Assembly: GCA_947258515.1 (NCBI GenBank)
Contig: CAMYIO010000002.1
Span: 686 to 64,685 of the forward strand
Source of the DNA: an uncultured Ectothiorhodospiraceae bacterium
Lineage (GTDB): Bacteria; Pseudomonadota; Gammaproteobacteria; UBA9214
DNA length: 64,000 nt
Direction of reading: 5' to 3'
Shown: in pieces, positions 54,722-64,000 of the stretch
Numbering within the stretch: position 1 is the first letter of the stretch
Layout of the letters: each line of letters begins with the position of its first letter
The notes under the pieces: generated by a model
Told to the model about the DNA's origin: nothing
Database searches by the model: none
Seen by the model: the letters and a program-made list of their open reading frames with translations, nothing else
Program-made: the position numbers and the translations under genes

Positions 54722-56827
54722 CTAGAAAGACCAGGTGATCCTGCCGAAGATGCTGCGTTCCACTTCTGTGGGTTGGGTGTTGATGAAGTCCGGCAGGTAT
54801 TCAGCATGCCTGCTGTCGAGCAGATTCTGGCCAATAATCGAGAGTTCCAGACCGGGTCTGGCCTCCCAGCCGAGTCGCAGATCGGCTTCCACGTAGCCGT
54901 CTATTTCAACACCCGAGACCTTGATATCACCGACATAGCGCAAGGCGGCGTCGAACTGCAGCCTGTTACCGAAATCAAGTGACGACCAGATAGCGGCCTT
55001 GCTGACCGGGCTCGACTGTTCGGCACTTCGAGAGGCGCTATCGGTGCTGCCGTTGACCAGTCGCAGTTGCATATCAAGCCAGGTGTAGCTCGCATTAAGA
55101 CGCCAGCCCGTGCGTACCTGCCACTGGGCGGCAAGTTCTGCACCATAGGTTCTGCCTTTCATATTATTGTCAAAAGGAAACAGCACGGCCGCTGGTGGTC
55201 CCGGATCAGGTACCGGATCAAGCGTGCGCAGCTTGTTATAGTCGTTATAAAACGTTGCTACGTCGACAGACCAGAGATTCCTGTAGTTGAATCGATAGCC
55301 CAGTTCATAGGCGACCAGGTCTTCCGAGTCGTAATCGCTGTTACCTTGTGCATAAACCGGTATACCCGGATCGGATGCCGGCGGTGGTACCAGTCGCAGC
55401 GTGACGTCATGTTCACCGCGTGACGGGGTGCGTACGGCGCGCGACACTGAACCCCACCAGGTCTGGCTCTCGTCCACGGACCAGGCAAGACGCACGTTCG
55501 GCTGGTATTCAAAGCTGGTGAAGTCATTGTGTTCCAGCTTGATACCTGCCGTGAGCTGCAGATTATCCCTGAGGCTGACTTCATCCTGGATGAAGATGCT
55601 GTACAGGTTTACGCTGCGCGAGGAGGGATCAAGGCTGAAGGCTGGATTGTTGCTGGTGTTGTCGTGTATATGGCGGTAGTCAACGCCCCAAACGATATCG
55701 TGTGCGCTGCGCCACTTGAAGTGATGCTGAAAATCGATATCGACTGTATCGCGGTCTTCGAACAGCACCGCGCCGTCCAGGCCGACATGGTCATAATAGA
55801 CCTGCAGGGCAAAGTTGGAGGCGTTCTCGAGGACATGTGACCAGCGCAACAACAGGTTGCCGCCATTGGTGTCGATGTCATTTACCGTCGGGATGACGGT
55901 GGTGGGCGGTGGGCCGGGCGGGCCGCCGGGGATGTTGACCAGCTGGCCGGCCTTGCCCCGGTAGTAGTCCCCCTGGAGTGTGATGCTGTCACGGTCGGTT
56001 TTGACCCAGTCGGAACGAAAGCCGATCTGCCCGGTGCGCCAGTCGTCGTGTGCACCAGCCGGGTTAAAGCCCTCATCATAGTTGGAGTATTTTGCGTAAA
56101 TACGATAGTCCGCGCCGTTTTTGAGTTTCCCGCCGTGACGCACGCTACCGATGCCATTTACTACATTGCCGGCCGCTACCGAGACCAGATTACCCTGGGT
56201 GTCGGCTGCATTTTTCGTAATAATATTGATTACGCCATTGACGGCATTGGCGCCCCACAGGGTGCCACCCGGTCCGCGGATTACCTCGATGCGGTCAACA
56301 TCTTCCAGTACCACGTCCTGTGAGTCCCAGTAGACGCCGGCAAATAACGGTGTATAGACGCTGCGGCCGTCGATCAGTACCAGCAACTTGTTTGCAAAAC
56401 GGCTGTTGAAGCCGCGCGAGGTGATGGCCCACTTGTTGGCATCGATACGTGCTACATCTATACCCGGAACCCGCCGCAGTGCCTCGGGTATATTGGTCAC
56501 ACCCCAGCGCCGCAGATCATCATTGGTAATGACGAAGACGGCGGCAGCGGCTTCCGATTGTTTCTGGGGCCTTTTTGAGACCGAGGTGACCTCGATATTC
56601 ATCAGGGCCTCGAGACTCATGTCTGTCAGGTCGTCCGGTAATGCGTCGTTGAGGTTGGTGGCGTGTACGGAAAATACGGTGAGCAGACTGGTGACCAGTG
56701 CGAGACTGGTCCGGTACAGCGGTGTTGCCAGGCGTTGTAACAGAGACTGTGCGCGTGCTTGAGCTGTTGTCCAGCCGGGCAGGTCACCCTGCTGGTTTTG
56801 CACGCTAACCCGTGTTCCAGTACCCAT
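54722..56827 (-). CDS. TonB-dependent outer-membrane receptor
   Basis: Plug-domain motifs (LEALMNIEVTSVSKR..Q; IEVIRGPGGTLWGANAVNGVINIITK), a long beta-barrel and a terminal aromatic (..ITWSF). ATG 56827 has an AAGGAG SD. Confidence 0.9.
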   Translation of the reverse strand: MGTGTRVSVQNQQGDLPGWTTAQARAQSLLQRLATPLYRTSLALVTSLLTVFSVHATNLNDALPDDLTDMSLEALMNIEVTSVSKRPQKQSEAAAAVFVITNDDLRRWGVTNIPEALRRVPGIDVARIDANKWAITSRGFNSRFANKLLVLIDGRSVYTPLFAGVYWDSQDVVLEDVDRIEVIRGPGGTLWGANAVNGVINIITKNAADTQGNLVSVAAGNVVNGIGSVRHGGKLKNGADYRIYAKYSNYDEGFNPAGAHDDWRTGQIGFRSDWVKTDRDSITLQGDYYRGKAGQLVNIPGGPPGPPPTTVIPTVNDIDTNGGNLLLRWSHVLENASNFALQVYYDHVGLDGAVLFEDRDTVDIDFQHHFKWRSAHDIVWGVDYRHIHDNTSNNPAFSLDPSSRSVNLYSIFIQDEVSLRDNLQLTAGIKLEHNDFTSFEYQPNVRLAWSVDESQTWWGSVSRAVRTPSRGEHDVTLRLVPPPASDPGIPVYAQGNSDYDSEDLVAYELGYRFNYRNLWSVDVATFYNDYNKLRTLDPVPDPGPPAAVLFPFDNNMKGRTYGAELAAQWQVRTGWRLNASYTWLDMQLRLVNGSTDSASRSAEQSSPVSKAAIWSSLDFGNRLQFDAALRYVGDIKVSGVEIDGYVEADLRLGWEARPGLELSIIGQNLLDSRHAEYLPDFINTQPTEVERSIFGRITWSF

Positions 56828-57071
56828 TCTGGACGCTCCTTGCAACCCCGTTGTTGTTACTAACAGGCTGAAATACTGGCGATTAACCCCGTGTCCCGGT
56901 CGTAATCCCGGCACGCAGGCAATGCGCAGCAAAGCTGCTTAAAGGAGTATCGGCGTGACCGTAATCAACCTTAGATGTTGATTAATAGTCAATAATTTTC
57001 CGCAAAGGATCTATGGCGGAGTTTCGGAGGTGCTTGCAGGGAGGGCGGACAGGCCCTGACTGGGGGAGGGA

Positions 57072-57440
57072 TTACTGTTTGTCTTTATCTTTTTTGCCGG
57101 GTACGGTCAGGGGGACAACGACCGAGGATTGTGGCTCGTCAATAAAGCGCGGACGGGCATTCATTTCACGTCCGGCAGCAGTATTGAGTTCACTTTCCCG
57201 GGCCGTTATCAGGCCCAGGCAGTGCCGGATGTCATTCACGGTTTCATCTGTCAGCGGGTGGCGATGGCCCGGGCGCGTGTAGGTATCCTTGGCAATTTTG
57301 GTCAGCACCTGGCGCATGACCTGCAGAATTCGTTCTTCCTTGGTGGGTGTACTGTCATTCATGAGGGTTACCGTCTGGTCAAAGATGATAGCCTGTATTG
57401 TGACACAACTGCCGTGTCGCGGCAGGTGTGGCCGGATCAT
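57072..57440 (-). CDS. Hypothetical protein
   Basis: ATGA overlap with the upstream ORF supports start 57440; an internal Met (57362, MNDSTPTKEE..) is an alternative. No family recognised. Confidence 0.5.
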   Translation of the reverse strand: MIRPHLPRHGSCVTIQAIIFDQTVTLMNDSTPTKEERILQVMRQVLTKIAKDTYTRPGHRHPLTDETVNDIRHCLGLITARESELNTAAGREMNARPRFIDEPQSSVVVPLTVPGKKDKDKQ

Positions 57441-58027
57441 TCCTTTATATAGAGGGTGGACCAGTCACCATGGGTCAAGGATTTCAGGGTGTTTAACAGG
57501 GTCTCGGCGGGTACCGCCTCTGACGGGTATATCCCCCTGATTTCCACAAAGCTGCGTCCGAAACCGGCAGTTTTTCTGAAGCTCAGGCCGGTGATGTCCC
57601 CCGTAGCGCCACATTGCCTGCAGTGCCAGTCGCTGTGTACCGGGTCGTCCCGCCATGCCTGAAGCCGTGATTGCCAGTCAGCCTGTGGCGTGCGGCATGC
57701 CGGGCAACGGGGTACCGGGGTATGGGGGTCAGACCTGAATCGCAGGGTTTCAGAGCTGCTCAGGAAGACATGGCAAAATTTCCCGTTGGCGCTGTCGGCT
57801 GCAAGTGTCACCGGATCGGACGGGGGTTGCAGTTCGATCATCGGTGAGCAGCCGAGGAAGATAATGAGTTGCAGGAAATGTTCGCCGACGGGGAAGTAGA
57901 TGTCGTTATGCAGCTTGCGCGGTGGGCCGATCAGGCCAATCGCCTGTAATTCCGTGGCCAGCCGGTCGGCCCTGACGACAGCACAGTCGGGGTCTGACGG
58001 GAGCAGGATGAGTTTATGCGCGGCCAC
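57437..58027 (-). CDS. Hypothetical protein with CxxC...CxxC zinc-ribbon-like motif
   Basis: 196 aa with a GTG start. CPAC...CRQC pair in the centre. No family recognised. Confidence 0.55.
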   Translation of the reverse strand: MAAHKLILLPSDPDCAVVRADRLATELQAIGLIGPPRKLHNDIYFPVGEHFLQLIIFLGCSPMIELQPPSDPVTLAADSANGKFCHVFLSSSETLRFRSDPHTPVPRCPACRTPQADWQSRLQAWRDDPVHSDWHCRQCGATGDITGLSFRKTAGFGRSFVEIRGIYPSEAVPAETLLNTLKSLTHGDWSTLYIKE

Positions 58028-58129
58028 TAATGCCGCCTGCCGGATTCCGGAAGCTGATCATACTATGGCTGTCCCTGTGCTGTGTTATCTACCATACTAT
58101 AAGTCATCACAAGCGAAAGACGGCGGGGC

Positions 58130-58843
58130 GTGCCTATGATATCAAGTGAACCTTTCTCAATCCATGCACTGGAACTCGGGCCGATGGAGAACTTTGTGTA
58201 CCTGATTCACGACCATGCTTCCGGGCGGGCGGCAGTTGTGGACCCGGCCTGGGAGGTCCCGGAGGTGCTGGCACTGGCCGCTTCCCGGGGCGTGCGCATA
58301 ACCGACATCCTGCTGACGCACAGCCACCATGATCATATCAATGGCATCAGTGAAGTACTGGAAGAATACGATGCGCAACTGCACCTGATGAAATCCGAGG
58401 CACAGTTCTGGGGCCATCAACTGGACCTGCCGACGCTGCATCACGGCGGTGATGTCATCGAGCTGGGCAACACCGCGATCACGGCGTTGCACACCCCGGG
58501 TCACACGCCGGGATCAGCGTGTTACCACATCGGTAACGAGTTGATTACCGGTGATACGCTGTTCGTTTTCGGTTGTGGCCGCTGCGACCTGCGCGGTGGC
58601 GATCCGGAACAAATGTACGTCACCCTCAGGGATATGAGCAAACGTTTGCCGCCCGAGACCGTGATTCACCCGGGTCACAATTATGCGGAAAAGGCCACGA
58701 CCACCATGGACGAACAACTGACGGGCAATCCTTTCCTGCATTTTGAAAACAGTGAGGATTTCACGCGCTACCGCATGCACTATCACGACAAGCACCGCGA
58801 CTCGCCCTATGGCCCTGTCTGCAAGGGCGATGAAATGAAATAG
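58130..58843 (+). CDS. Metallo-beta-lactamase-fold hydrolase (hydroxyacylglutathione-hydrolase-like)
   Basis: THSHHDH metal-binding motif, ..HTPGHTPGS.., ..GDTLF..GCGR. The start is GTG 58130 or ATG 58136. Confidence 0.85.
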   Translation: MPMISSEPFSIHALELGPMENFVYLIHDHASGRAAVVDPAWEVPEVLALAASRGVRITDILLTHSHHDHINGISEVLEEYDAQLHLMKSEAQFWGHQLDLPTLHHGGDVIELGNTAITALHTPGHTPGSACYHIGNELITGDTLFVFGCGRCDLRGGDPEQMYVTLRDMSKRLPPETVIHPGHNYAEKATTTMDEQLTGNPFLHFENSEDFTRYRMHYHDKHRDSPYGPVCKGDEMK

Positions 58844-58880
58844 TCAACCAGTGAGCTGAAGCAATAAAAGGAATGAAGCA

Positions 58881-59381
58881 ATGACAGAGCGCTATCTGAA
58901 CCCGGGAATAATTGTATGTTTACTGTTTATCGGCCTGCTGACTGGCTGTGCCGGTATCAATACCTACACTGAAGCACCGCGTGTTTCTCTGGCAAGTATA
59001 GAACCGAAGGATATGACGCTGCTTGAGCAGCGCTACGGTATCCGCCTGCGCATCATGAACCCCAACGATGCGGCACTGCCGGTTGCAGGTCTGAGTTATG
59101 GGCTGGAAATCAATGACCGTGAATTTGCCTACGGGGTGAGTCGCCAGGCGGTGGAAATCCCGGCATTTGGCGAGGCGCTGCTCGATGTCGAGGTGGTCAG
59201 CAACCTGTTGAATGTCATGCAGCAGATACAGAAGATGAGCGGTGAGAGTCGCGACAGCCTGTCGTATCGTTTAACAGGAAAGATCAGTCTGGCAAACAGA
59301 CTCGGGAGCCTGCCGTTTGATTACAGCGGCAACCTGTCCTATCTGCCGACCGGGAAGCCGGCGCCGGAGACAGAAAACTGA
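58881..59381 (+). CDS. LEA type-2 (LEA_2/NDR1-HIN1-like) lipoprotein
   Basis: Lipobox LLTGCAG, and a pattern ..L.IMNPND..L.V.GLSY.L.IN..EFA.G. Confidence 0.65.
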   Translation: MTERYLNPGIIVCLLFIGLLTGCAGINTYTEAPRVSLASIEPKDMTLLEQRYGIRLRIMNPNDAALPVAGLSYGLEINDREFAYGVSRQAVEIPAFGEALLDVEVVSNLLNVMQQIQKMSGESRDSLSYRLTGKISLANRLGSLPFDYSGNLSYLPTGKPAPETEN

Positions 59382-59383
59382 CC

Positions 59384-60376
59384 GTGGAGTCATTTCGTGC
59401 CTGTCGCGTACATAATAATACCGGCAGGGTAACGGCGGGAATTGAGGCCCTGACACTCTCTGCGCTCTCTCCCGGAGAGGTCGTTATCCGGGTGCATTAT
59501 TCCAGTGTGAACTACAAGGATGCGCTGGCTGCGACGGGCAGGGGCAAGATACTGCGCCGTTTCCCGCTGAATGCCGGTATTGATCTCGCGGGCGTGGTTA
59601 CAGACTCCGTCGATGACCGCTTTCAGGCAGGTGACGAGGTGCTGGTGACCGGCTGTGGTCTGGGCGAGTCCCATGACGGCGGGTTCTCCGAGGTTGCCCG
59701 TGTACCGGCCGACTGGGTGGTGCCCTTGCCGGCCGGCCTGTCACTGTTTGATGCCATGGTGCTGGGGACCGCCGGCTTTACCGCGGCGCTGGCCATCGAC
59801 CGGCTTGAGCAAAACGGCCAGCAACCGTCACTGGGGCCGCTGCTCGTGACGGGTGCCAGTGGCGGCGTCGGCAGTGTCGCCGTCGACCTGCTGGGTGCGC
59901 GTGGTTATGAGGTCGTGGCCGTGACCCGAAAAAGAGATGCCACGGTGTACCTTGAAGGTCTCGGTGCAGCCAGTGTAATGCCCACTGACAACCTGGTCTC
60001 TGACGGGTCGCCATTACAGTCCGCGCAGTGGGGCGGGGCAATCGATAACGTCGGTGGCAAGGTGCTGGCCGGGTTGATCAGCGGCACCCGACCGTGGGGC
60101 AATATTGCCTCTATCGGCATGGCGGGTGGCAGTGAATACCGTGCCACGGTCATGCCGTTTATTCTGCGCGCTGTCAGCGTGCTCGGTGTTAGCTCGGCCA
60201 ACTGCCCCATGGAGCGCCGTCTCCGGGTATGGGAACGACTGGTGTCAGATCTGCGGCCCGGGCATTTACCGCAGATCCTGGCCGGGGTGGTTGACCTGGA
60301 TGAGCTGCCAGCCGTGTTCGCGCGTCTGCTTGAAGGTGAACATCAGGGCCGGTTTGTCGTCAGCATGCAGTCGTAA
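59384..60376 (+). CDS. YhdH/AcuI-family NADPH-dependent (acrylyl-CoA/quinone) oxidoreductase
   Basis: MDR superfamily. VRVHYSSVNYKDALAATG...FPLNAGIDLAGVV...VLVTG.GLGE.HDGGF and VTGASGGVGS. Confidence 0.85.
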   Translation: MESFRACRVHNNTGRVTAGIEALTLSALSPGEVVIRVHYSSVNYKDALAATGRGKILRRFPLNAGIDLAGVVTDSVDDRFQAGDEVLVTGCGLGESHDGGFSEVARVPADWVVPLPAGLSLFDAMVLGTAGFTAALAIDRLEQNGQQPSLGPLLVTGASGGVGSVAVDLLGARGYEVVAVTRKRDATVYLEGLGAASVMPTDNLVSDGSPLQSAQWGGAIDNVGGKVLAGLISGTRPWGNIASIGMAGGSEYRATVMPFILRAVSVLGVSSANCPMERRLRVWERLVSDLRPGHLPQILAGVVDLDELPAVFARLLEGEHQGRFVVSMQS

Positions 60377-60496
60377 TCAGCACGTTTGTACCCATAGATC
60401 CACGCTCCCTCCGCAAGCGCCCAAACGGCGGTCATAAAAGGGCCGGGGAGAGGGGATAAGATTTAAAGAACAATTTTTTGTTTTTTTCAACAGGTC

Positions 60497-61915
60497 ATGC
60501 AGTCAGGGTATTCAATGAAACCGTATTTATCAGCGCTCCGAGGTAATATTAATTCCGGTACCCGCCTGTGCCTGTTGCGACGCTGTGTCGCGGATGACTT
60601 CACGGTGTCGCTGGATCAGCTGGTGCTGTTGATCGCCCTGAACCTGTTGCTCGCGTTTTTCGTTGATCTGGCCAGCAGTCTGCCGCATCCGCAATTCTAT
60701 TCGTATGCGGTTGCCGCAAATGGACTGGATGTATTGTTGTTTCTGTTCGCCGTCTATCTCGTCAGCAAGCTGCTGATGGAGAACCGGGTGGCATTGCGTC
60801 TCGCCGTTTATATCTACAGCATGAGTCCGTTCTTTCTGCTGCTGTGGGTCATGCTGGGGCGGCTGGAGGTACTGCTGCCGCCGGATGATGTCGTTATCTA
60901 CAGGGTATTTTATCTGCTCTACCTGACGTGGGTGATAATCGCCATAGGCCGGGTGCTGACCCTGCTGGCGGGTGGTTACTCACGCAAGGTCCCCGCAGCG
61001 ATGGCGATTATCGTTCTGGCCTGGGTACTGCCAGCCAGTTATTTTGCGGAGAACACAACACTCTGGTATGCCGCTGAAGAGCAAGGCGTTGATGAGTATG
61101 CAGCCTACCGGGCGCTTGACGTCGAGGGCATTTTCTACCGGCAGCCGGAGTTGCTGACGCAGCACCTGGAGCCGCTGCTGACCGAGCGCAGCGACAGGGA
61201 CGACCTGTATTTCGTCGGCTTTGCAGGTTATGCGCTGCAGGACGTGTTCAGAAATGAGATCGAGTTCGCTCGCGCATTATTTGATGAGCGCTTCGATACC
61301 GCGGGCCGTTCACTGGTCCTGATAAACAGCCTTGCAACCCGCGATACCCTGCCGTTGGCATCATCCAGCAATCTGCAACGCGCACTGCAGCATATCGGTA
61401 ATGTGATCGACCGTGAAAATGATGTTGTGGTGCTGTTTCTGACCAGTCACGGCGACAGGGCCGAGCTGTCTGTTAATTTCTGGCCGCTGCGGCTCAACGA
61501 TATGACCCCGGCGATGCTGAAGCAGTACCTCGATGATGCCGCTATCAAGTGGCGCATCATCATGGTCTCGGCCTGTTACTCGGGTAGTTTCATCGAGACG
61601 CTTAAAGATCCGAATACAGCGATCATGACCGCATCATCGGCCGACAGGTCCTCGTTCGGCTGTGATGACAAACGCAAGCTAACCTATTTCGGCGAGGTGT
61701 TGCTGCAGAGGCAGTTGCAGGAACAGTACTCGTTCGCGGCCGCATTTGAAGAGGCGGCCAGGGAAATCGAAATACGTGAACTGGCAGAAAAGCGCGATCC
61801 TTCGCAGCCGCAAATCTACATCGGAGAGGCCATGCAGGAAAAGCTGCGGCGCCTTGAATCCAGCCTGTCTGCTGCCGTCGGCAAGGATAGCGCTACGGTG
61901 ATACTGGACCCGTAG
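60497..61915 (+). CDS. Membrane-anchored peptidase C13 (legumain-like) family protein
   Basis: Polytopic N-terminal half. C-terminal ..DLYFVGFAGYA.QDVF..E...A...F.....RS..L.N......PLAS..NL...L......D...DVVVLFLTSHG...L.....ML...L......KWRIIMVSACYSGSFI. Confidence 0.7.
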   Translation: MQSGYSMKPYLSALRGNINSGTRLCLLRRCVADDFTVSLDQLVLLIALNLLLAFFVDLASSLPHPQFYSYAVAANGLDVLLFLFAVYLVSKLLMENRVALRLAVYIYSMSPFFLLLWVMLGRLEVLLPPDDVVIYRVFYLLYLTWVIIAIGRVLTLLAGGYSRKVPAAMAIIVLAWVLPASYFAENTTLWYAAEEQGVDEYAAYRALDVEGIFYRQPELLTQHLEPLLTERSDRDDLYFVGFAGYALQDVFRNEIEFARALFDERFDTAGRSLVLINSLATRDTLPLASSSNLQRALQHIGNVIDRENDVVVLFLTSHGDRAELSVNFWPLRLNDMTPAMLKQYLDDAAIKWRIIMVSACYSGSFIETLKDPNTAIMTASSADRSSFGCDDKRKLTYFGEVLLQRQLQEQYSFAAAFEEAAREIEIRELAEKRDPSQPQIYIGEAMQEKLRRLESSLSAAVGKDSATVILDP

Positions 61916-61932
61916 CCTGCGATCCTGTTCTC

Positions 61933-62493
61933 GTGGAAACACTGCCAGATTATCTGTGTGCCGGGTTGCGACTGGTCTGCATCGGCTTGAATCCCTCGCT
62001 GCCATCCGTGCGCGCGGGATTTTATTTTGCCAACCCACGTAATCGTTTCTGGCGGGCGCTGCAGGCCAGTGGGCTGTTAAACAACAAACTCGAGCCGGGT
62101 GTCGACGCCATGCAGATTCTGTTACGCCAGTACGGCATAGGTTTTACGGACGTCGTCAAACGTCCGACAGCAGGTGCCAAAGACCTCAGGGCCGCGGATT
62201 ACCGTGAATGGGCGCCGCAGCTTGTACAGAAATTGTTGCATTATCAGCCGGGTATTGCCTGGTTTCATGGCAAGCTGGCCTATGCCAATTACCTGCGCTA
62301 CGGCGAAGCGATCAGGCCGGATATCGACTGGGGACGCCAGCCCCGTAAAATTGGACATACGCGGGTGTTCGTTACCCCCAACCCGAGTCCGGCCAATGCC
62401 GCCTACTCCCTGGATGACCTGGGTGCCTGGTATCGGGAACTTGGCGTCTATGCCTCATCGCTTGAGCCGCGTCCGGGACGGCCGCAGGGATAA
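61933..62493 (+). CDS. mug: G/U mismatch-specific DNA glycosylase
   Basis: GLRLVCIGLNPSLPSVRAGFYFANPRNRFW...GFTDVVKRPT...VFVTPNPSPANA aligns by eye with E. coli Mug motifs (GINPG.., NRFW, PNPSG). GTG start. Confidence 0.8.
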   Translation: METLPDYLCAGLRLVCIGLNPSLPSVRAGFYFANPRNRFWRALQASGLLNNKLEPGVDAMQILLRQYGIGFTDVVKRPTAGAKDLRAADYREWAPQLVQKLLHYQPGIAWFHGKLAYANYLRYGEAIRPDIDWGRQPRKIGHTRVFVTPNPSPANAAYSLDDLGAWYRELGVYASSLEPRPGRPQG

Positions 62494-62595
62494 GACGGCT
62501 GGCTGCACCCGGGCGCTGTCGTGCGCAATATTGTTCCTGCAGAATACAATCCATGTTCTATACTTAAAAGTGAGTAAATAGAGGAGGAGTTGGTC

Positions 62596-63063
62596 ATGGC
62601 AATTGCATCTACGGTGTCAAATTATCTGGCCGAGCATGACGTGGCCTACGATGTTTTGACGCATCCACACACGGCAAGCAGCGGGGAAAGCGCGCAAGCG
62701 GCCCATGTTCCCGGGATGCGGCTCGCAAAGTCAGTGATTCTTGAGGATGATCAGGGCTACCTGATGGTGGTGTTGCCTTCAAATCGCCAGATTAATCTTG
62801 GCGAAGTGCACCGCCAGCTAAATCGTAATCTCGGGCTGGCAACCGAGGGTGAGCTGGCCGGTCTCTTTAACGACTGTGAAATCGGTGCACTTCCGGCAGT
62901 GGGTCCGGCCTACGGGATGGAGACGGTGGTGGATGAGACGCTTGCAGAGCAATCTGATATCTACTTCGAGGCCGGCGATCACGAGCAGCTGATACATGTC
63001 AGCGCAGAAACCTTCCAGGCTTTGCTGGGAGACAATGCCCGGCACGGTTATTTCAGTCACTGA
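62596..63063 (+). CDS. YbaK/EbsC-type aminoacyl-tRNA deacylase-domain protein
   Basis: ..L.EHDV.Y.VL.HP...S....A.......AKSV.L.D..GY.M.V.P......L..., consistent with the YbaK/ProRS-associated domain. GAGGAGG SD before ATG 62596. Confidence 0.75.
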   Translation: MAIASTVSNYLAEHDVAYDVLTHPHTASSGESAQAAHVPGMRLAKSVILEDDQGYLMVVLPSNRQINLGEVHRQLNRNLGLATEGELAGLFNDCEIGALPAVGPAYGMETVVDETLAEQSDIYFEAGDHEQLIHVSAETFQALLGDNARHGYFSH

Positions 63064-63082
63064 ACGCCAGGCACTGCCATGT

Positions 63083-63106
63083 CGCTCCCTACAAGGGTAG
63101 GGAGCG
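63083..63106. terminator. Hairpin between convergent genes (likely bidirectional terminator)
   Basis: CGCTCCCTAC-AAGG-GTAGGGAGCG, a perfect 10-bp stem with T-rich sequence downstream on the plus strand. Confidence 0.6.
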
Positions 63107-63138
63107 GCCTATTTCATTGTATTTACTGTAAAAACTAT

Positions 63139-63645
63139 TTAAAGCCCAAGTGCTGCCGTTCCCCATCCGACACCGCCAATAGCGACTTCCGGGTGGTTAT
63201 GGTGCACCTGTTGTTCGACTTTCGCTACCTCGGTTTCGGCGACATCCACCATTAGCAGGATCTCACCGTGTGCGAGCGCGTCCTGAAATTCGCCCAGGTG
63301 GGTATTCGGTACGCTGGTAAAACTCAGACCCGCGAAAAAATTCATCACCATGATGACAACCGGTAGCAGTAGCCACCCGTTCCAGTTCAGGGTCAACACC
63401 AGTGCAATAAACACACACAGTGCCACGGCAAAGCTGACGAGATTGGCATTCCAGAGAAGTTTCTCCAGCCGACTGGCACTGTCACTGGCTTGTCGCAAAG
63501 TCGATGCCGGCAAGCCGTCGAGCCGTGTACGCCGATCGCCCAGCGCGTGGATTTGCGCCGAGTCGATGCCACTTTTATTGAGTTCATCAACCACCAGCAG
63601 TGCGTGAGCTCTGTCAGGCAGCAGAAAGTAAAGTCTTCTGTCCAT
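63139..63645 (-). CDS. Hypothetical membrane protein
   Basis: 168 aa with two central hydrophobic helices and a GGGGGAG SD. Family uncertain. Confidence 0.6.
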   Translation of the reverse strand: MDRRLYFLLPDRAHALLVVDELNKSGIDSAQIHALGDRRTRLDGLPASTLRQASDSASRLEKLLWNANLVSFAVALCVFIALVLTLNWNGWLLLPVVIMVMNFFAGLSFTSVPNTHLGEFQDALAHGEILLMVDVAETEVAKVEQQVHHNHPEVAIGGVGWGTAALGL

Positions 63646-63870
63646 TGAGATCTCCCCCTCTCATTCGCAGTTAAAACATGTAGTTAAATGCTTAATCAGG
63701 CGGCTGGCCCTGTTCAGGGAATGGTTTCCCTGAATACTATTCATAGTTCTTCTTGCGGTATAGACAACCCTGCTGGCAGTGATGTTACTACCGAAAGTTG
63801 TCGTGCTGCAATCCATCTATGGCTGTTGACAGCTAACAGCGCCTGCAACACAATAGCGGGCTTGCATTTT

Positions 63871-63955
63871 GGAGGGGTTCCCGAGTGGTCAAAGGGATCA
63901 GACTGTAAATCTGACGGCTCAGCCTTCGGAGGTTCAAATCCTCCCCCCTCCACCA
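63871..63955 (+). tRNA. tRNA-Tyr (anticodon GTA), class II with long variable arm, CCA encoded
   Basis: GGAGGGGTTCCCGAGTGGTCAAAGGGATCAGACTGTAAATCTGACGGCTCAGCCTTCGGAGGTTCAAATCCTCCCCCCTCCACCA. The acceptor stem GGAGGGG/CCCCTCC pairs, the anticodon loop is CTGTAAA, and the architecture is near-identical to E. coli tRNA-Tyr. TTGACA -35 at 63826. Confidence 0.92.
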
Positions 63956-64000
63956 AATGTAGTTATATCCTCTGTGGTGAATGGGGGAGTGTTTGAACCG

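Noticed and set aside
56960-57000. AT-rich GATTAATAGTCAATAATTT upstream of the TonB-dependent receptor, as a possible Fur box.
   Set aside because: The position-by-position match to GATAATGATAATCATTATC is poor, so it is only generic AT-richness.
63826-64000. tRNA-Tyr at the window edge as a possible genomic-island integration site.
   Set aside because: No integrase, direct repeat of the tRNA 3' end, or compositional break is visible in the 45 nt that remain. This cannot be assessed from the window.

Overview
This window is a large polar-flagellum gene cluster from a Gammaproteobacteria-like genome with mid-50s % GC. All protein calls come from reading motifs in the supplied translations; no database search was run. 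From left to right: flgA (partial, minus strand) is divergent from flgBCDEFGHIJK and flgL, and flgL is split by a frame change. A roughly 11-kb regulatory and sensory insertion follows. It holds an NtrC-family sigma-54 activator, a periplasmic rhodanese, two histidine kinases, a pentapeptide-repeat/K+ channel fusion, an HDOD protein, a J-domain-PilZ fusion and a PilZ-like protein. Next come fliC-flaG-fliD-fliS-fliT, an orphan antisense ORF, and a receiver-less sigma-54 activator heading fliEFGHIJ. Then fliK, fliLMNOPQR-flhB-flhA-flhF-flhG. No fliA, flgMN, motAB or che genes lie in the window. Downstream of flhG are a secretin-like periplasmic protein, a SPOR-domain protein and an HDOD-GGDEF cyclase. 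These are followed by a four-gene minus-strand operon (TonB-dependent receptor, YfiR-like protein, GGDEF-EAL protein, DUF11-repeat protein), housekeeping genes (MBL hydrolase, LEA_2 lipoprotein, YhdH-type reductase, C13 peptidase, mug, ybaK-like) and tRNA-Tyr(GTA) at the right edge. I found seven correctly spaced sigma-54 (-24/-12) promoter matches, all intergenic and correctly oriented, and one sigma-28-type promoter upstream of fliC. The most interesting unexplained signal is in the flgL/activator spacer. There, a minus-strand sigma-54 promoter lies about 125 nt from a strong intrinsic terminator. The interval has no credible ORF, contains 8 GGA triplets, and is preceded by three copies of a 15-bp motif, so it is a candidate EBP-controlled small RNA. 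No CRISPR array, transposase, integrase or rRNA was recognised.
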